Assembly (NCBI GenBank): GCA_902559415.1
Contig: CACEHW010000003.1
Span: 1 to 61,239, forward strand
DNA length: 61,239 bases
Reading direction: 5' to 3'
From: an uncultured Fidelibacterota bacterium
GTDB lineage: Bacteria; Fidelibacterota; Marinisomatia; Marinisomatales; UBA1611
This document shows, piece after piece, positions 55,711-61,239 of the stretch. Each line of letters begins with the position of its first letter. Position 1 is the first letter of the stretch. The notes beneath the pieces are model-generated. The model ran no database searches and was not told the DNA's origin. It worked only from the letters and a program-made list of their open reading frames with translations. The translations under genes and the position numbers were made by a program.

Positions 55711-55722
55711 AAGCCTCTTCTT

Positions 55723-56121
55723 ATGAATAAAGTCACATTGGTATCAAAACTTAAATGGAAAATCTTAGTTTGGATAATATTGGTAATAGTATTGAGTTTA
55801 GCATTTTTTTATGGGCATCAATATGGAATCAACCAAAGAATAATTATTCTTATAACATTGGCATTAGGTACATTTACTCAAATTTTTTCAGGCATTACAT
55901 CTCTCATTGCATTAATCCCATTTTTTGGGCCTTTTATATTAAAAGTAATATCCATACCCATTTTTTATATTTTAAATGCTATGGGATGGGTAGTTTCAGT
56001 GGTTGCAATTAAAAAAGGATATGTCAATGAGCTATCAAAAAGTAGAACTATTACATTAGCTTTATTGGTTGGTATTATCATCGGATATATATTAGGAAAT
56101 ATAATCCCCCTGAATAAATGA
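55723..56121 (+). CDS. Hypothetical membrane protein
   Basis: Hydrophobic 132-aa ORF in operon; IPFFGP motif. Confidence 0.7.
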   Translation: MNKVTLVSKLKWKILVWIILVIVLSLAFFYGHQYGINQRIIILITLALGTFTQIFSGITSLIALIPFFGPFILKVISIPIFYILNAMGWVVSVVAIKKGYVNELSKSRTITLALLVGIIIGYILGNIIPLNK

Positions 56122-56543
56122 CAATTTTAATTTTACATGGACCTAATCTTAATCTCGTAGGCTTAAAATCTGCTACAGTTGGAGAAAAACTAACTCTTGA
56201 TAAAATCAACCGAGCAATTCGTCTTCATGTCAGAAAAAAAGATATCAATCTTAAAATAATTCAAACTCATAAAGAATATATTGCAATCAATTTTATTCAA
56301 AGAAATCGAAATTCTGCTTCAGGGCTGGTAATTACTCCTACTTCATGGGCTAATTACAATCAAACAATTTTTGAAACTATAAAAATAACAGACCTACAAA
56401 CAGCAGCGGTTTACTTTGACAAACCTTATAATTTAGGCACTGGAGAGAAAGACACTATTTTTATTGCCGATAAGATAAAATCTTTTTCTGGAGAACCTAT
56501 TGATACAATTAAATCTGCAATAGATCATATTGCTAATAATTAA
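56118..56543 (+). CDS. Type II 3-dehydroquinate dehydratase homolog (degenerate active site)
   Basis: ILILHGPNLNLVG N-terminus, TL..I, Q.H.E; AroQ-like length; catalytic motifs altered. Confidence 0.75.
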   Translation: MTILILHGPNLNLVGLKSATVGEKLTLDKINRAIRLHVRKKDINLKIIQTHKEYIAINFIQRNRNSASGLVITPTSWANYNQTIFETIKITDLQTAAVYFDKPYNLGTGEKDTIFIADKIKSFSGEPIDTIKSAIDHIANN

Positions 56544-57283
56544 TGTATAAAAAAAATATTATAGTATTTTTATTCACTACTATAATTAGTGCTCAAAGTT
56601 TAGAAAATCCAAATACATCACCTCTTCATATTTTAGGAAAAATATCAAAAGAGAATCAAAAAATAGAAAACACTGATTTTTTCAACCCTGAGTGGGTAAA
56701 AGATTTAAAACTTTTACTCCCTTGCAAAGATATTAAACTCCCAAAAAGGTCTAGTAGACTGCCTAATGCCCCTAGAACCTATAGAAATGGAACCCATAGA
56801 GGTATAGACTTTTTTTCAAACTGGGGGACAGATGTCAGGGCTGTAGCACCAGGATTAGTTATAAGAGCAGATCATAATTATAAAGAATATCCCGCAAAGT
56901 TCAGGGAAAAAATGTTGCGCTCTTCAGGTAGTGTTGGACATACGCCCTCAGATATATTTAATAATGTTCTTCTTGGAAAAGCTATTTTTCTAGATCATGG
57001 TTTTGAACTGATCCCTGGCTTTAGAACTATTTCGATATACGCACACTTATCAAGCATAGACAAAGATATAATTGGTGGGGCTAAAGTAGAAGCGGGACAA
57101 TACATTGGCAAGACAGGAAACTCTGGGACAAAAGCTAGCACTCTTGGGACAAGAAGGGAAGCACACCTTCATTGGGAGTTGATTCTCCAAAAAGATAATA
57201 GAGAAATATACCTAGGGAAAGACATCCCTTATGATAAGCTATATGAAATGCTTGATAATATTTTTGTTAAAAAATTAGATTAA
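56543..57283 (+). CDS. M23-family metallopeptidase
   Basis: Signal peptide; HRGIDF, YAHL, GKTGNSG, HLH. Confidence 0.92.
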   Translation: MYKKNIIVFLFTTIISAQSLENPNTSPLHILGKISKENQKIENTDFFNPEWVKDLKLLLPCKDIKLPKRSSRLPNAPRTYRNGTHRGIDFFSNWGTDVRAVAPGLVIRADHNYKEYPAKFREKMLRSSGSVGHTPSDIFNNVLLGKAIFLDHGFELIPGFRTISIYAHLSSIDKDIIGGAKVEAGQYIGKTGNSGTKASTLGTRREAHLHWELILQKDNREIYLGKDIPYDKLYEMLDNIFVKKLD

Positions 57284-58703
57284 TTAAATAGAAAATATCT
57301 TCATTATTAATTTCACCGTCACCATTAACATCACCCTTATCTAAAAATTGATTCCCCATTATAAGCTCAGAGACTTTTATCAAATCATAAATATTAATAG
57401 CGTAGTCAATATATATATCTCCCTCTAAATCACTGATGTATGAAAGACTATATTTTTTAGCCCTAGCTGTATACCCAATTAATTCACTGACCTGTTCAGT
57501 AGAACATTCCCATACAATCTCACCATCTTCATCTGCCTCAAATAAACGTTTTTCTTCAGAGACTGTAATAAATGTATTCCCATTGGGTAATCTATAAGCT
57601 CCTGATTGGAAACTAGAAAAAAAGGAATCATTACCACCAAAAACCAAATCATAATTATCAGGACCATAGACGCTATCACTATTTAAAAAATAATTACCTT
57701 GAGAGTCCATTGGTGGTTCAAATTCAATCACAGATGAATTTCCAAATTCATTACTGTTGGGGATAGTATCTATGGGATTATTATTAAAAATAAGTAACTT
57801 ACCTGAACCAGGAAAATCATCTGGAACCCAATGTACACCATGCTGAGCGCTTAACTTTTGATCATTACTAGTTCCCCTACCATAGTTGATAGGATTCCCC
57901 CATCTGTATAAAATATCACCACCCTTATTACCATTTCCACCATCATGTCCACTAGCTTCTAATGTGGTAGTGCTATGGTCAATAATAAAAATTTCATTTA
58001 AGTGTTTTGAAGAAAACACTATTTGATCAATGTTCTCATTATATGCTATTGCATTAGTGTGTAACCAATCCCCTTCATTTGGATTTGTAAATTCACCAAT
58101 ATTTATGTCAAGTAATTCTGGTTTATCTTCAATAGTCCCATAATTGATTAGTGAGCTATCTATATCTTGAATAAGATGATCCCATATATGCCACTCCCAA
58201 ACTATTTCTGCGGTGTTACTGCCAATGGGCGATATCTCATAAATAACCAAAGGCCAAATTTCATTTTCGATGTTCACCCTACCGGCATTAATTGCATCAG
58301 AGTAGGCTATTTTCTCCCAACCTAGTACTAAAATATTACCATTAGGTAATACTTCAAAATCATGATGAGGATGAAATGAATTATTATAAAAATCGTATTC
58401 CCATAGTGTGTTACCATCCCAGTCAATCTTTTTAAAATTACCACCAATAGGTCCGCGTGTATTCCCAAATGAATGATCTGTAGATTTAAATTGTATAATA
58501 ATTGATCCATCAGGATTTAAATGCGGAATCCCAATAGCAGATAATTCATGTTCCCAGACGTTAACCTTATTATATAGATTATTAATTAGATATGTTTTTG
58601 AGCTAGCTGATCCTTGACTTTGTGAAAACAAAATTAAACCATTATAAACTTCACAATTCGAAAATGAGTAAAAATAGAATATTAATAAAATAAAAAATCG
58701 CAT
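57267..58703 (-). CDS. Aryl-sulfate sulfotransferase-like protein with C-terminal dockerin
   Basis: HHDFEVLPNGNIL, DWLHTNAI, DILYRWGNP, QH, RLPNGNT; C-terminal GDVNGDGEINNED. Confidence 0.85.
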   Translation of the reverse strand: MRFFILLIFYFYSFSNCEVYNGLILFSQSQGSASSKTYLINNLYNKVNVWEHELSAIGIPHLNPDGSIIIQFKSTDHSFGNTRGPIGGNFKKIDWDGNTLWEYDFYNNSFHPHHDFEVLPNGNILVLGWEKIAYSDAINAGRVNIENEIWPLVIYEISPIGSNTAEIVWEWHIWDHLIQDIDSSLINYGTIEDKPELLDINIGEFTNPNEGDWLHTNAIAYNENIDQIVFSSKHLNEIFIIDHSTTTLEASGHDGGNGNKGGDILYRWGNPINYGRGTSNDQKLSAQHGVHWVPDDFPGSGKLLIFNNNPIDTIPNSNEFGNSSVIEFEPPMDSQGNYFLNSDSVYGPDNYDLVFGGNDSFFSSFQSGAYRLPNGNTFITVSEEKRLFEADEDGEIVWECSTEQVSELIGYTARAKKYSLSYISDLEGDIYIDYAINIYDLIKVSELIMGNQFLDKGDVNGDGEINNEDIFYLINLIF

Positions 58704-58705
58704 AC

Positions 58706-58734
58706 AAAAAAAGGGCAGAAAAATCTGCCCTTTT
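58706..58734 (-). terminator. Intrinsic terminator (potentially bidirectional)
   Basis: Plus strand AAAAAAAGGGCAGA-AAAA-TCTGCCCTTTT. Confidence 0.9.
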
Positions 58735-58760
58735 AAATTAATAATAATATTTAGATATTA

Positions 58761-59810
58761 TTAGAAAGCAATCCTAAGTGCTAAAACTGAATTAGTACCA
58801 AAATCACCCATTGGAAGCATAGAGTAATCAACACTCATATTCATTCCAACAAATCTAGATACATCAAGAGAAGCACCAAAAGAAACACCATCTGATGGGT
58901 TTGTATACCAATCTTCATCACCATGGTCATGATCATCATCATGATGCTCTATTTCTTGAGCAGCACCAGATGTTTGAAAACCTACACCTACAGATCCTAA
59001 TCCATCTAAAACGTAACCAACACTAAGTTTTAGCTCATCAGTAGCGTAATAATTACTTGTATAAGTCACACCTAGATCAGCGCCAGCTACATTGTATGAC
59101 AGCCCCATATCAAATGCAAAAGGGAGGTCAAACGGCTGTGCATCTACCTTATAGTATTCCTCAGGACGATCTGAGCCAGTAGCTGTAGCAATAACTCCAA
59201 GACCTTCTCCATCATATTTCATTGGTGAACCAAAGTTCTTAAGTACGAATCCAACATCAAGACCTTCTCTTCCAAGTAGGCCTTTATATTGAACACCTAA
59301 ATCATAAGCAACACCAGTAGCAGCAACTCTGCCAAAGCTCTCTCTGATAACATTAGTATTCAAACCAACAGTTGTATTATCAGAAAGTCTTCTAGCAAAT
59401 GTGGCACCTATAACAGAAAAGTTAGGTGTGAAAACCTGACCTGTACCATCTGGGTACCAAACTGTAGTTTCATCAATATCACCCATATTAAAAGTTCTAA
59501 CATTAAGACCCATCTTATACTCACCAATGGCTGTTGCAACACCAAAAAAGCTATTAGTGATGTCGGCTATATACTGCCTGTTTGAAAAGATAGCATCTAT
59601 GTTATTCTCACTATTTGCTAACCCCGCAGGATTCCAAAAAGCTGCATCCATACCAGTAGCTGTAGCTGCCGCGCCACCACCAGAAAGGTGCTTAGCACTT
59701 GGGACTACAAGCAACTGAGTAGAAGAAGCAGAACCCATTCTTGAGTTTTGCCCAATCAACAGGGAGCTAATAACAATAATTACGAAAGTTGTAATAATCT
59801 GTTTTTTCAT
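58761..59810 (-). CDS. PorV/PorQ-family outer-membrane beta-barrel
   Basis: Signal peptide; L.V.PSA...GG.A.A......FWNPAGLA; DLGVQY, VLKNFG; terminal F; GGAGA SD before ATG 59810. Confidence 0.85.
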   Translation of the reverse strand: MKKQIITTFVIIVISSLLIGQNSRMGSASSTQLLVVPSAKHLSGGGAAATATGMDAAFWNPAGLANSENNIDAIFSNRQYIADITNSFFGVATAIGEYKMGLNVRTFNMGDIDETTVWYPDGTGQVFTPNFSVIGATFARRLSDNTTVGLNTNVIRESFGRVAATGVAYDLGVQYKGLLGREGLDVGFVLKNFGSPMKYDGEGLGVIATATGSDRPEEYYKVDAQPFDLPFAFDMGLSYNVAGADLGVTYTSNYYATDELKLSVGYVLDGLGSVGVGFQTSGAAQEIEHHDDDHDHGDEDWYTNPSDGVSFGASLDVSRFVGMNMSVDYSMLPMGDFGTNSVLALRIAF

Positions 59811-59833
59811 TTTATTCTCCATTTCAATTCTTA

Positions 59834-61239
59834 TTAATAGTACTTAAGCACTTGTGTTTCTTGGACAAGAGCTATCTTTAAGACTTTTTCTTCACCACCA
59901 GAAGTGATGCGTGCGATGTACATCCCACTTGCTACAGGGTAACCATATTGGTTTTTAAGATCCCACTCTGCAAATTGAGTATCATCGTGCTTATGAATGC
60001 TTCTTACATAGACACCACCAAGCGAGTAGATATCAATCGTAGCCTCAGATGGTAAGTGGTTGAAAGAAACATATTTATCAGCACGACTACCCTCCAATTG
60101 ATGTGTCCCGTAGTAAGGATTTGGATAAACACTTACCTCAGAAACATCATTCGAAGCAGCTGTCATACTAGCTTTGGTTGTAAAGTCAAATTGATCTACA
60201 CCAGCCTGTATTGGATTCGCATAATTAAAAGTTACGACATCGCCCTGGTTGAACTGCGCATCCCACCAAACTACGTTCCAAGTTAACCAGTCAGTAGGTG
60301 TTCCAGAAGGCCCATCCTCATACAGACCATCTGACTGATAAGCATGATGCATGAAGTGTGTATACATACGATCAAATGGATTAAATACATAAACAGTATC
60401 TCCAGAGTTGTAGCTCTGCATCCTATCATAAATATCCATATCAATCTGTACTGGCTCTCCACTAGGGTCTTCCATGTCCCATACTTCAAATGGAACAGCT
60501 ATTCTAAAACTAGAACCATCACCTGGATTTGCCGGACTAGGGTGTTCAGTTAAAGGACTAAGTCTTGAACCACTAATCCAAACATATGAATGAGGAAGAT
60601 CAGTATTAGCACCATAATAAACAACACCGGCATCGGTAGTAATAGGCTCATCAACAAACTCACCTACCCATCTAACCTCAATGTCTCTTTGTAGATAATC
60701 AACTGAAGTCAAACCAGCTCCATAAGTATCAACTGCTTTAGCTGTTAATGCCCATCCTTGTTGCATGTAAGAAGTCATATCCCAAATAGACGCACCATAT
60801 AAAGCTGCATTCGCCTCATCTCTTGTGATTGTATAACCAGAAAAATCATTTGGAGCATCATAACCACCTGTAACATTTATATGAAAACCGTCCACAGTAA
60901 CCGCGGCAGCTGAATTATAGTGAAGAAGTGAACTGTTGTCCACACTCGCACCACCATAAAGATCAACACCACTTATAAAAGTTTGGTCTTCTAGTATAAC
61001 ATTCCCACCAGCGGTTGATAAATTCCAATGGTACTCAGTTTTTAGTTCATAACCAAGCTCAGCAGCTACTGCTTCACCAACAGCATGCACAGTAGTTCCA
61101 TCATAACTATCATCATAAACTGTAAAACCTACTGTTACTGGAGCAAAACCTGCCGCAGGAGTATAGTTAACAGTAAAAACATTGCTTGATTCAAAAGCTC
61201 CAAAACCACCACCAGTGCCAACTGTTCCAAAAATCAACG
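59834..61239 (-). CDS. Large secreted protein with T9SS-CTD/FlgD-Ig-like C-terminal domain (5' truncated)
   Basis: VYPNPY...IDIYSLGG.YVRSI...WDLKN..G.PVASGMYI; the frame is open to the window edge. Confidence 0.85.
   Translation of the reverse strand, partial: LIFGTVGTGGGFGAFESSNVFTVNYTPAAGFAPVTVGFTVYDDSYDGTTVHAVGEAVAAELGYELKTEYHWNLSTAGGNVILEDQTFISGVDLYGGASVDNSSLLHYNSAAAVTVDGFHINVTGGYDAPNDFSGYTITRDEANAALYGASIWDMTSYMQQGWALTAKAVDTYGAGLTSVDYLQRDIEVRWVGEFVDEPITTDAGVVYYGANTDLPHSYVWISGSRLSPLTEHPSPANPGDGSSFRIAVPFEVWDMEDPSGEPVQIDMDIYDRMQSYNSGDTVYVFNPFDRMYTHFMHHAYQSDGLYEDGPSGTPTDWLTWNVVWWDAQFNQGDVVTFNYANPIQAGVDQFDFTTKASMTAASNDVSEVSVYPNPYYGTHQLEGSRADKYVSFNHLPSEATIDIYSLGGVYVRSIHKHDDTQFAEWDLKNQYGYPVASGMYIARITSGGEEKVLKIALVQETQVLKYY

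Overview
A gene-dense, AT-rich chromosomal segment of about 57 CDS with many overlapping start/stop codons. Both end genes are truncated. I saw no rRNA, tRNA, IS, prophage or CRISPR array. Gene content (archaeal/eukaryote-type ProRS, PorV-family barrel, T9SS-CTD-like and dockerin-bearing proteins, type B L31, DGGGPS-like UbiA) points to a streamlined FCB-group bacterium, plausibly Ca. Marinimicrobia (inference). Most genes are housekeeping: carAB, ligA, dnaE, dtd, prfA-prmC, rho, folC, murI, eno-ftsB, recO, proS, mgtE, plus a small surface-glycan cluster. The leading candidate for an undescribed system is a solitary Cas6b-like RAMP gene (30441..31400). It has an intact glycine loop, apparently lacks the catalytic histidines, carries a charged disordered tail, and sits between rho and aspC-rpmE2 with no cas genes or array in the window. 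This suggests a domesticated, non-defence RNA-binding role. Other leads: a tandem pair of strongly translated paralogous ~70-aa membrane proteins with a structured leader; a flagellum-unlinked motA-motB pair coupled to an Ig/cadherin-repeat protein; a possible leader-peptide attenuator before carAB; a type II dehydroquinase pseudoenzyme; and a CTD-cargo plus PorV module. All family calls come from motif recognition by eye, not database searches.
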